Shown here in pieces: positions 1 to 9,203 of a stretch of 64,000 nt of DNA. Under the pieces are notes generated by a model. The model did not search any database. It was not told the origin of the DNA and worked only from the letters and a program-made list of their open reading frames with translations. Source of the DNA: an uncultured delta proteobacterium (GTDB lineage: Bacteria; Myxococcota_A; Polyangia; Fen-1088); assembly GCA_963767925.1 (NCBI GenBank), contig CAVYGB010000004.1, positions 1 through 64,000 on the forward strand, in the 5' to 3' direction. A program made the translations under genes and the position numbers. Position 1 is the stretch's first letter. Each line of letters begins with the position of its first letter.

Positions 1-480
1 GGCCAGGTTCGGTTTCGGGTCAGTGGGAGGGGCTGCGCAGTGAACTTCCGCAAGCGACCCGCGCCAGGACGCGACGGCTAGAACGCCTCTCGCGCTGAGC
101 CGCGCTTCAAGGGTGTCACGCCTGGCGCGTCGAGCCTCACTCGCCCTGCGCGACGAGTTGGAGGCGGCGCGCCGGTTCGATTCGTTCTGCCTCCGTGGCC
201 CGTGGGTGCTCGTGCTTGAGAGAACTCTGGCACCGACCTCGCTATAGAACTATGTTTCCCGGCTCTTCGGGGTTGGTTGGAAGTGGTAGGTTTCGGCTGG
301 GGCACGTCACTCACTGACGTACCGACGTGGGTGTTTTGAACCTTGGCCGGACCGAGAGGCCACTTTGGGTGGAGAAAACGATTCGGGTCCCCCGGGCGGG
401 AACTTTTTCTAACGCGGCGGTAGGGCGGGTTGGTGTTCCAGCGCCCCTCGTGAGAACTCTCGAACACGTGAGGTAAAGAC

Positions 481-1911
481 ATGAAATCACAGAAGACCTC
501 CCCCGCGAGACTCCTCGCCCCAGCGGGTATGCTGGTGGCATTGGTGCTCGCCGCTTACGCCTGCTCGGGAGAGGGCGATGGCGCTGGAAACCCAGCGCCC
601 ACGCCGCCCCCGGTCGGCTCGACGCCCCCGCCAACCCCGGTGCCGCCAGCACCGCCGACGCCGGCGCCCTCGCCGCCCGCCATGACGCCTCCTGCGCCAA
701 CGCCCCCCGGTATGGCGACTCCGCCGGCACCAACCCCGCCGGCCCCCACCCCGCCGACGCCGACGCCGCCCACCATGATGCCCCCGAATCCGGGGAATCC
801 GCCTACGCCCCCGGAGCCCATGCCTCCGGCGCCCATGCCTCCTGCAGCGGCGAACGCCCCTTGCTCGGTCGACCCGGCCATGGCTCCCCCCGCGCTAAAG
901 CGTACGAAGACCCTGGGACCCGTCCTGGGTGCTAACAACGCTCAAGCTGGTCAGGTCATCGGGCCGCCAGGTGAGGCCAACGTCCTTTACGTCATCGGCC
1001 ACCGCAACGGCCAGGTGACGGCGATCGTGGACGAGATGGTCGCTCCCCAGCCCTTCGCCCGCGTGACGGTCGAGACTGCTGGAAACGACGGCAATGAACG
1101 CGGCCTCCTCGCCATCGCGCTCCACCCCAAGTTCGCCGAGAACCAGCTCTTCTACCTCTTCTACAACGGCGCGGGCGCTCGCTTCAAAGTGGACGAGTTC
1201 AAGCGCATGTCGCCGACCACCTCGATGTTCACCCAGAACATCTACGACGGTCAGGGGTCCGGGCGTTACCACAACGGTGGCTCGATCTACTTCAACCCCA
1301 AGGATTCCGAGCCGCTGCTCTACCACTCGGTTGGCAATGGCGGTGGAGGCGGGCCGGCGCGCGACGTCAACGGCGCCCGCGGCCGGATTCTCCGCTACAA
1401 CGTGGCCACCAAGGCAGGCGTTCCTGGCCAGGGCTTCCAGAACTTCAGCTTCGCCCACGGCCTTCGCAACCCATATCGGATGAGCATTGATCGGCTCACC
1501 GGAGATATGTGGGTTGGCGAAGTCAGTGGCCCTCCCGGCGGAACCATCTACTTCTACGCCTACCCCTACAACACCATGACGAAGGACTTCGGCAACGACA
1601 ACGGGGACGTGCGCGCCGGAATCAACGGTGGCAATACGGGCGGAAATGCCGCTATCGGTGGCGTTGTCTATCGTGGGAACAAGATTCCGGGGCTGTGCGG
1701 CCGTTACTTCTTCGGGACCAACCAGCCCGGGAACGTCCGCTCCCTGATCCAGAGGAATGGCCAGCGTGTCGGGGGCGTCGTGAGCCACCCGGAGCTGACC
1801 GTCCCGGGTAACCTCAGCTCGTTCGGCGAGGACGGCGAAGGCGAGATCTGGATGTCCAGCATGAACGGCCGTATCTACAAGATCGAAGCTGCGGGCGGCG
1901 CAGCCGAATAG
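481..1911 (+). CDS. PQQ-dependent glucose/sorbosone dehydrogenase (GSDH beta-propeller) lipoprotein with Pro-rich tether, copy 1
   Basis: Lipobox-like LAAYAC; ~90-aa Pro-rich linker; family motifs ERGLLAIALHP, HNGG, GLRNPYR, SFGEDGEGE; RBS GAGG upstream. Confidence 0.85.
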   Translation: MKSQKTSPARLLAPAGMLVALVLAAYACSGEGDGAGNPAPTPPPVGSTPPPTPVPPAPPTPAPSPPAMTPPAPTPPGMATPPAPTPPAPTPPTPTPPTMMPPNPGNPPTPPEPMPPAPMPPAAANAPCSVDPAMAPPALKRTKTLGPVLGANNAQAGQVIGPPGEANVLYVIGHRNGQVTAIVDEMVAPQPFARVTVETAGNDGNERGLLAIALHPKFAENQLFYLFYNGAGARFKVDEFKRMSPTTSMFTQNIYDGQGSGRYHNGGSIYFNPKDSEPLLYHSVGNGGGGGPARDVNGARGRILRYNVATKAGVPGQGFQNFSFAHGLRNPYRMSIDRLTGDMWVGEVSGPPGGTIYFYAYPYNTMTKDFGNDNGDVRAGINGGNTGGNAAIGGVVYRGNKIPGLCGRYFFGTNQPGNVRSLIQRNGQRVGGVVSHPELTVPGNLSSFGEDGEGEIWMSSMNGRIYKIEAAGGAAE

Positions 1912-1925
1912 TAACGTCAGGTCCC

Positions 1926-3299
1926 ATGACGAAGCGCCCTCGGCTACTTCTAGCTGCCCTTCTTCCGGTCTTCACCTTCGCGTGTACACCGGACGCAGGG
2001 AGTGGCGTAGGTCCCATGGGACCCGGAGTCTCCGGATCCGGCGGAAGCGCCGGATCCGGGGGACGTCCCGTCGGTGGTAGTGGAGGTGGCTCCGGAAGCG
2101 GCGGAGGCACCGAAGATCCGCTGCCGCCTCCAGACGCCGCTCCGCCCCCCGATGCTCCAGATGCGATGGTCCCGTCGAGCGACGCTGGACCGGCGACGGA
2201 TGGCCCGTCTCAGTTGGCCGACTGTACCGCAGCAGGTCCAGGTTCGCTCCTGTGTAATCCCCTGCGCAAGATGCCCAAAACCATCAAGGAAACTGGGCTG
2301 TTTCCGGCCGCCCCCGATTTCAGCGTTCGCCCCGCGAGCATGCACGAGTATGTGCCACGTCCGGAACTCTGGAGCGATGGCATGTCGAAGCAGCGATTCC
2401 TGCTGCTTCCGAGCGGGAAGAAGATCGACAACAGCAACCGGAAGGCGTGGATCTTTCCGGTCGGAACGATCTTTATCAAGACCTTCTTCGACGACGGCGG
2501 TGCCACGGGAAAGCCCCGTCCGATTGAGACGCGTTTCATTCGCCAAGTGGGCGTCAAGGGAGCCGCTGTCGAATACGAGTTCTACGTCTACGAGTGGGAC
2601 GAGGCGAGGACCGACGCTACGCTCTTGGTCGACGATGCGAATGGTGACATCCTCGCCGAAAAGCCGGTGATGGTGACCATTGGTCGTACCGACAACGGTC
2701 AGCCGTTCACCGTGAACAGCGGTCAGCCGTTCCCGCATGTCATTCCGTCGCGAGACGCGTGTGGCGCCTGCCACGAAGAGAACGCGAAAGTCGCGCAGAC
2801 ATTCATCGGATTCGACGAAATCCGGCTCAATACGAAGTTCGACCAGGCGTCAGCAAAGACCCAACTTCAGGAATTCTTCGAGCGAGGCGTCTTTGCGGGT
2901 GGCTTGCCGGCTAGTCCCGCGACGATCACTGACACCTCGAACGACAACGGACGTTTCTTGAGGGTGAAGCAATTTGTCTTCGGAAACTGCGTTCACTGTC
3001 ATCACGGCCAGGGATTAGTGGATTTCAGTCCGGATGTCTTCTTCGAGAATACGGTGGGTCAGGAGACTGAAGCTCAGAGCGTCGTCCCCCCCCGGGGATG
3101 GTTACGCGTCGTCCCTCGGATGCCGGAGACTAGCGTCGTCTACAAACAGGTCGAGCGGACTCGGCTGCCCCCGGCTGCCGGTGGCGGCGAGAGGGACCGT
3201 CTGCGGCCCATGCCTCCGGTCGGCGTCTCGGATCAGGCCGTGGACCAGCGTGCTCTCACCGACCTGCGCGAGTGGATCCTTTCGCTTCCCGCGCAGTAG
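1926..3299 (+). CDS. Diheme c-type cytochrome lipoprotein (SO2930-like), copy 1
   Basis: Lipobox-like VFTFAC; two CxxCH motifs (CGACH, CVHCH); LWSDG..K.R, FPVGT..KTF and ETR motifs; C-terminal MPPVG as candidate axial Met. Confidence 0.8.
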   Translation: MTKRPRLLLAALLPVFTFACTPDAGSGVGPMGPGVSGSGGSAGSGGRPVGGSGGGSGSGGGTEDPLPPPDAAPPPDAPDAMVPSSDAGPATDGPSQLADCTAAGPGSLLCNPLRKMPKTIKETGLFPAAPDFSVRPASMHEYVPRPELWSDGMSKQRFLLLPSGKKIDNSNRKAWIFPVGTIFIKTFFDDGGATGKPRPIETRFIRQVGVKGAAVEYEFYVYEWDEARTDATLLVDDANGDILAEKPVMVTIGRTDNGQPFTVNSGQPFPHVIPSRDACGACHEENAKVAQTFIGFDEIRLNTKFDQASAKTQLQEFFERGVFAGGLPASPATITDTSNDNGRFLRVKQFVFGNCVHCHHGQGLVDFSPDVFFENTVGQETEAQSVVPPRGWLRVVPRMPETSVVYKQVERTRLPPAAGGGERDRLRPMPPVGVSDQAVDQRALTDLREWILSLPAQ

Positions 3300-3371
3300 T
3301 TTGGTTCAACCGGCCTCCTGAGTCAGCGGACCCTTCCGACGATCCGGCAAGCCGATCCAGAGCTGAAGGTT

Positions 3372-4550
3372 GTGAGCGCTGAGCAGCCAACCGCCTCGGC
3401 GGCAACAATAGCTGGACTCATCGACCTTCCGCTGGATCGGTACCGCCAACATCGCGCAATTGAGCCGGTAGCCTACGACGCCGGCTTTAACACCTGGAGC
3501 GTCTATCGTTACAGCGATGCCCTGCGCATCTTGAACGATCCGGCGGGCTTTTCCTCCGAGGCCCGCGGTGGCAGTGCTGCACCTCTGCCCAGCATCGTCG
3601 GAATGGACGGCGCCCGGCATCGGAAGCTGCGCAGTCTGGTCACCCAGGCCTTTACCCCTCGAATGGTGGAGCAACTCGCCCCGCGAATCGCGGAGGTGGC
3701 GAGGGAGTTGGTTCAAGCGGGACTCGCGCGAGGCCGATTCGACGTGATGGGTGACTTTGCTTACCCGCTGCCGATTCGGATCATCGCCGAGATGCTGGGG
3801 ATCCCGATAGAGGATCAGTCCACGTTCCGTCGATGGTCCGAAACCTTGGTAGCGGGGCCCCGGACCGATGCCCGTCGTGGACGGTCTTATGCGGAGGAAC
3901 GAAACGTCACCTTGCTGGAGTTGAACGAGTATTTGGCTCACCAACTCGACCTGCGTCGGGCGTCACCTGGACGAGACCTGATCAGCAAATTGCTCGACGC
4001 GGAGGTGGACGGCGAACGGCTGCAAGCGATTGAGTTGCTCGATTTCTGCCGCTTGTTACTGATCGCGGGGTACGAAACCACGGCCTGCCAGATCGGAACA
4101 GCCATCCTTACCCTGCACCAGCAGCCTGATCTGGCGGCCCAGTTGCGCAATGACCCGGGCTTGCTTCCGGGGGCAGTCGAGGAGATCGTTCGTTGCTTTC
4201 CGTCCGTTGCCGCGACGGTGAGGGTCGCCCATGCTGACGTGGAGTTGGGCGGCCAGCGGATAAAGGAGGGACAGTCGCTCATCATCTGGACTGGCTCGGC
4301 CAACTACGATGAGACGATTTTTCCCGAATCCGAGCGGATCGATTTCTTGCGCTCACCGAATCGTCACCTGGGCTTTGGCCAAGGGCCGCACTTCTGCCTG
4401 GGCGCTCCGCTGGCGCGTCTGGAGCTTCGTGTGGCGCTGGCACTGATGCTGGAGACGCTGCCGCGGCTGCGGCCGGATGCGAGTGAAGCGCTCGAGGCGG
4501 TCGACAGTCCCTTCCTGCTAGGGGTCAAGAGATTCACGCTTATCGCGTGA
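3372..4550 (+). CDS. Cytochrome P450
   Basis: I-helix AGYETT, K-helix EIVR (ExxR), heme-thiolate motif FGQGPHFCLG. Confidence 0.95.
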   Translation: MSAEQPTASAATIAGLIDLPLDRYRQHRAIEPVAYDAGFNTWSVYRYSDALRILNDPAGFSSEARGGSAAPLPSIVGMDGARHRKLRSLVTQAFTPRMVEQLAPRIAEVARELVQAGLARGRFDVMGDFAYPLPIRIIAEMLGIPIEDQSTFRRWSETLVAGPRTDARRGRSYAEERNVTLLELNEYLAHQLDLRRASPGRDLISKLLDAEVDGERLQAIELLDFCRLLLIAGYETTACQIGTAILTLHQQPDLAAQLRNDPGLLPGAVEEIVRCFPSVAATVRVAHADVELGGQRIKEGQSLIIWTGSANYDETIFPESERIDFLRSPNRHLGFGQGPHFCLGAPLARLELRVALALMLETLPRLRPDASEALEAVDSPFLLGVKRFTLIA

Positions 4551-4948
4551 GCCGCTAGACTAGCGGTCGACGAACCTATCAGCATTGATATCGCCTTTTG
4601 TCCGCGTCGCCCATCGGGTAGCAGCCGTCGGTCCGGCTCGCCGCCGGTATGCGTGCCCGGAAATAGACATTCAGCCTGGCAGTCGGATCGTTTGAGGTTG
4701 GAGGCATAAAACGAAGTCCGACTGGGTCGGCGCATCGTTCATAGCTCGGATTGATGCGCAGTCGACCATTTCACTCACGAGGGTGGCTCAATGGTAAGAC
4801 CAAGGTGCCGCTTGGTAGGGCCTGGCGATCGGCTGCAGCTACGGGCCACTGTACATGTACGATGCCTGCGCTGGATCGGCGCATCCTAGCCGATCGCAGG
4901 GGACGGGCCGCATGGCCGCGTTCAAACCTTCCAAAGTGAGGTACCAAG

Positions 4949-6285
4949 ATGATGTTACAGACGGGACGCGCTCGCTCGCTCGCACCGAGGGGCATGCTGG
5001 TTACCTTGCTGCTCCTCGGATCTTCGTTCTGCTCGGAGCCAGTGGATGAACCTATGCCGGGTGGATCGGCTGAGCCCCAGCCGACGGCCCCTCCGGCACC
5101 GATGGCGCCTCCGAGTCCGACGCCGGTCCCCGCGCCGCCTCCCGGCAGCTCACCGCCGAGTCCTCCGCCGACCGTGGCGATGCCTCCAGCCACTCCTCCT
5201 CCGGTCGCTCCTCCTCAGACGAACCCGCCACCCGTCAGCCCCCCCCCAATCAGCCCCCGCCTTCGGCGATGCCGCCGGCATGTGCGAACCCGGAGGCCAA
5301 CATGGCCCTCCGATTCGTCACCGTCGCGACGGCCGCTCGTCCGATTCACCTGATAGGTCACCCGTCCCAGCCGGATGTGGCCTTAATTGCAGAACGCGGT
5401 GGAACCGTTCGAGAGGCCAAAGGCCTCAGCACGACTATGACCGCAGTGCAGTTGAGCGAACCTATCCTGACCGTTCAGACCACCACTGGCGGCGAACGAG
5501 GCTTACTTTCGCTCGCCCTTCATCCGGACGATCCCAGCAAGCTCTACGTGTTCTACAACGATGGCGCGTCGAGCAACGACAGCGTGGTCCAGGAGTTCTC
5601 GCGGAACCTGGAGACGGGGATGGCCACCGCCGGCAAGGTGCTCTATCGGGCGGCCCACAGCGCCTCCAACCACCAGGGCGGCAATCTCGCCTTCGGGGCC
5701 GACAAGATGCTGTACTTCTCCATCGGAGACAATGGCGGAGGCGGCCAGCCGCGCTCCACGCAGCTCAACAACAACTTCGGCAAGGTGCTTCGTATCGACC
5801 CTGCGACCGGCATGGCTCCGGAGGGGAACCACATGGGACTCATCTGGTCGTACGGGCTCCGCAATCCGTGGCGGATGTCGTTCGACCGCAAGACCGGTGA
5901 CCTCTACATCGGTGATGTCGGCGCCGGGACCGAAGAAGTAAACTTCCAGCCGGCTGGCCGCGCTGGCACCAACTACGGGTGGAGCGGCGGGGGCCAGGGA
6001 ATCGGCGCTCCGGTCTACAGCTATCCTACCGGTCAGGGGCAAAACTGCGTGGTCGGAGGCTTTGTCTATCGGGGCTCCAAGAACGGGTGCATGTTCGGCC
6101 GCTACTTCTTCAAGGATCGATCGCGGGCCGCGGGACAGTCACTCCTGGTTCAGGACGGCGACGCCGCAGCTCCTCGGACGCACACGGGTCTCGCCGGCCC
6201 TGACCTCTACTCCTTCGGCGAGGACGGAACCGGCGAGCTCTACATGCTCTTCGGTGGCGGCCGGGTCGCGCGGATCGTCGAGTAG
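4949..6285 (+). pseudogene. GSDH lipoprotein copy 2, frameshifted at a C9 tract (5239-5247); pseudogene, phase-variable gene or sequencing error
   Basis: Signal peptide and Pro linker lie in ORF 4949..5353; the catalytic domain lies in ORF 5269..6285. One extra C joins them in frame (VSPPP-NQPPPSAMPPAC). Confidence 0.75.
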
Positions 6286-6307
6286 TCAAACAGCCTGAGA
6301 GGCCCCG

Positions 6308-6345
6308 GAGGGCGCGGCAGGCCGGAGCGCCGACCTGCGCGCCCT
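6308..6345 (+). other. GC-rich stem-loop after GSDH copy 2 (no U-tract)
   Basis: gagggcgc-g-gcagg...cctgc-gcgccctc inverted repeat. Confidence 0.4.
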
Positions 6346-6417
6346 CGTTCGTCTCCCCTCGTAATTCTTCCAAAGTCGCCCCGACGTCGTTTGCTGAACA
6401 AACCCGAGGAATTGTCC

Positions 6418-7854
6418 ATGAGATCACGCAAGACCACGCGCGCGATGTTTCTAGCTCCCGGCAGCATCCTGGTAGGCCTGCTGATCGCCTCCTACTCTTG
6501 CGGCGGCGAGGCAACCGATCCTGGTCCGGAGACGCCCCCCGGAAACTCCGCTGGGCCCGGCCCGACTGCTCCGCCGGCCCCCACGACGCCCCCAAGTACG
6601 CCAATCGATCCTCGGCCGGCTCCGGTGCCGCCGCCTCCGGCCGTGACGCCGCCACCTGCTCCTCCCGCGGTGCCGCCAGCTCCGCCTGAGCCGACCGCTC
6701 CCCCGGTTTCACCTCCGCCGGCTCCCCCGGTTTCACCTCCGGCGGTCCCACCGGTTTCGCCGCCTACGGTCATGCCGCCGCCAGTGTCACCGCCTGTGGT
6801 GATGCCGCCTCCCGGAATGCCCGAGCCGCCGGCCGCAGAACCGCCGGCCTGCCAGAACCCGAACGCGCTCGGTGGTCTCCGGCTGGTGACCGTTGCGCGC
6901 GCCAATCGCCCCATGCACCTCATCGGTCACCCGTCGGACCCGGACACGGTCCTGATCGCCGAGCGTGGTGGGACGGTGCGTGTGGCCAAAGGGCTTCGAA
7001 ACGCGAACATGGTTGTCGAGCTCAGTGGCCCGATCCTGACTGTCCAGGCGAGCACGAACTTCGAGCGTGGGCTGTCGTCGCTCGCGCTGCACCCCGACGA
7101 CCCGTCGAAGCTCTACGTGTTCCACAATGACGGTCCGGGGAACTCGATCGTCACGGAGTTCAAGCGCAACCTCGAAACGGGGATGGCCACGCGCGTACGA
7201 GAGCTGTACCGCGAGGCCCACAGTGCGGCGAACCACAACGGTGGTGCCCTCGCGTTCGGCGCCGACAAGATGCTGTACTTCTCCGTTGGTGACAATGCCC
7301 AGGGGGCCGGCGCGGCGGGCAATCTGAACGGCGACTTCGGGAAGATTTTCCGGATCGATCCGGCCAACGGCATGGCTCCGTCGGGGAACCACATGGGGCT
7401 CATCTGGTCCTATGGGCTGCGCAATCCTTTCCGCATGTCGTTCGACCGCAAGACCGGCGACCTCTACATCGGCGACGTCGGCGAAGGCACGGAGGAGGTC
7501 AACTTCCAGCGTGCCGGCCGCGCCGGTATCAACTACGGCTGGAGCGGCGGCGGGGCTGGAGAGGGAAGCCCGCTGGTTCGGTACATGCGTCAAGGCGGCT
7601 TCGCCGTCATCGGTGGTTATGTCTATCGCGGTACCAAGAATGGCTGCATGTACGGTCGCTACTTCTTCGCGGACCGCGCCCGCGGCCCCGCCCGCTCCAT
7701 CGCCGTGGATAACGCCAACATGAGGGACGAGCGGACGCACGCGGCTCTGTCGAACGGCGGCATCTACTCGTTCGGCGAGGACGGTGCTGGCGAGCTCTAC
7801 ATGCTCTACGGAGACGGCGGTAACGCAGGCCGAATCGCCCGGATTGTGGAATAG
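6418..7854 (+). CDS. GSDH lipoprotein with Pro-rich tether, copy 3
   Basis: ATG 6418 after GAGGA; lipobox-like IASYSC; ERGLSSLALHP, HNGG, GLRNPFR, SFGEDG; long stretches near-identical to copy 2. Confidence 0.85.
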   Translation: MRSRKTTRAMFLAPGSILVGLLIASYSCGGEATDPGPETPPGNSAGPGPTAPPAPTTPPSTPIDPRPAPVPPPPAVTPPPAPPAVPPAPPEPTAPPVSPPPAPPVSPPAVPPVSPPTVMPPPVSPPVVMPPPGMPEPPAAEPPACQNPNALGGLRLVTVARANRPMHLIGHPSDPDTVLIAERGGTVRVAKGLRNANMVVELSGPILTVQASTNFERGLSSLALHPDDPSKLYVFHNDGPGNSIVTEFKRNLETGMATRVRELYREAHSAANHNGGALAFGADKMLYFSVGDNAQGAGAAGNLNGDFGKIFRIDPANGMAPSGNHMGLIWSYGLRNPFRMSFDRKTGDLYIGDVGEGTEEVNFQRAGRAGINYGWSGGGAGEGSPLVRYMRQGGFAVIGGYVYRGTKNGCMYGRYFFADRARGPARSIAVDNANMRDERTHAALSNGGIYSFGEDGAGELYMLYGDGGNAGRIARIVE

Positions 7855-7863
7855 TTTCTGACC

Positions 7864-9105
7864 ATGATAGGAGCGCAGCGCGGCGAGCCCGCCATCGTGT
7901 CCCGATCTCTTCGTGCTGCGCTCCTGTGCGCGTCTCTGGCGGCGGCGCAGGCTGCCTGTACCCCCAGCAGCGGGGTCCCGACCGAGCCGCCGATGCCGTC
8001 CATCGATGCCTCGCCACCACCTCCCCCGGACGGAGGAGGCGGCGGCACAATCGACGCCCCTCCGGCACCGCCCGTGGACGCTGCTCCTCCGCCCGCCGAC
8101 GCGACGCCGGCGGACACCGCACCGCCACCGCCCGATGTGGTCCCGGCGGCGGAGTGCATGCCGGCATCCTCTGTTCTCTGCATGCCGCTGGCTCCGCTTC
8201 CCGAGTCCCTCCGAGCCACCGGCTTCTTTCCAATGTTCCCTGATCTCGACGTGACCGCCCCGAATGTGCGTCCCTTTCTGCCCAGCCTTCAGCTATGGAG
8301 CGACGGCCTTCACAAGAGGCGTCAGGTCATTCTTCCGAAGGGACTGAAGATCGACGTGTCGAACCGGGAGACCTGGGTTTTCCCCTTCGGCACGATCTTC
8401 GTGAAGACCTTTCTCTCCGATGGCCCCGGCGGGATGAAGCCGGTAGAGACCCGAATCATCCGCCGGACGGACAACCCGGACATCTTCGAGCAGTACACCT
8501 TCGACGTTTACCGATGGAACGCCGCCGGCACGGAAGCGACGTTGATTAACATCGACGAGCGAACGCCGGTGGCTGTCACCGTGGCCGGTCGCAACTTTAT
8601 GCACCAGATCCCGTCCCGCGAGGACTGCCGGAAATGCCACGGAACGAACGACACCAACGTGATCGGGTTCGATGAGGTGCGTCTGAACGCCCCCCTCGCT
8701 CCCGGCGGCAAGGCCCAACTGGAGACCTTCGCCGAGGCGGGCTTCTTCGATTCGCAGCTCCCGACACCCGCAGCAACCATCTCAGACTCTGACTCCCTCA
8801 CGCAGCGGGTGAAGGCGTACGTCTACGGCAATTGCTTCCACTGCCACAACGGAAACGACTCCCAGGCATTTGACATGCGCCCCGACAACTTCGTCCAGAC
8901 GGTGGTCCGGCAAGAGACGATGGCCTCGGGCACGGCGCCCGGTATCCGAGTCGTGCCCGGGAACCCGAACATGAGCGTCCTCTACCGCCAGATGACCCGC
9001 ATGAACCTGATGATGGGCTACAACGCCATGCCCCCCGTTGGCGTCCAAGTCGCCGACCCGGAGGGCCTCGACCTGGTCCGTCAGTGGATCATGTCGCTAC
9101 AGTAA
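7864..9105 (+). CDS. Diheme c-type cytochrome lipoprotein (SO2930-like), copy 2
   Basis: Lipobox-like AQAAC; CRKCH and CFHCH; LWSDG; MPPVG; paralog of 1926..3299. Confidence 0.8.
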   Translation: MIGAQRGEPAIVSRSLRAALLCASLAAAQAACTPSSGVPTEPPMPSIDASPPPPPDGGGGGTIDAPPAPPVDAAPPPADATPADTAPPPPDVVPAAECMPASSVLCMPLAPLPESLRATGFFPMFPDLDVTAPNVRPFLPSLQLWSDGLHKRRQVILPKGLKIDVSNRETWVFPFGTIFVKTFLSDGPGGMKPVETRIIRRTDNPDIFEQYTFDVYRWNAAGTEATLINIDERTPVAVTVAGRNFMHQIPSREDCRKCHGTNDTNVIGFDEVRLNAPLAPGGKAQLETFAEAGFFDSQLPTPAATISDSDSLTQRVKAYVYGNCFHCHNGNDSQAFDMRPDNFVQTVVRQETMASGTAPGIRVVPGNPNMSVLYRQMTRMNLMMGYNAMPPVGVQVADPEGLDLVRQWIMSLQ

Positions 9106-9203
9106 CCATCAAAATTTTGCTCGATTGCGATTCGAGCTAAGGCTCACGTGTGGGCCACGCAGTCGACGAGGATAAGGAGACGCTGACCGATATCCTCAGC
9201 ACT

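Noticed and set aside
595..845. Pro-codon repeats in lipoprotein linkers as DNA repeat elements
   Set aside because: Explained by Pro-rich protein tethers with degenerate codons.
3507..3515. Third copy of the GCTGTAACG box (minus strand, inside the P450)
   Set aside because: Lacks the CACCTCCTCC box at the right spacing; probably chance.
4928..6376. CTTCCAAAGT shared upstream of GSDH2 and GSDH3
   Set aside because: Only 10 bp at different distances from the starts; may be a duplication relic.
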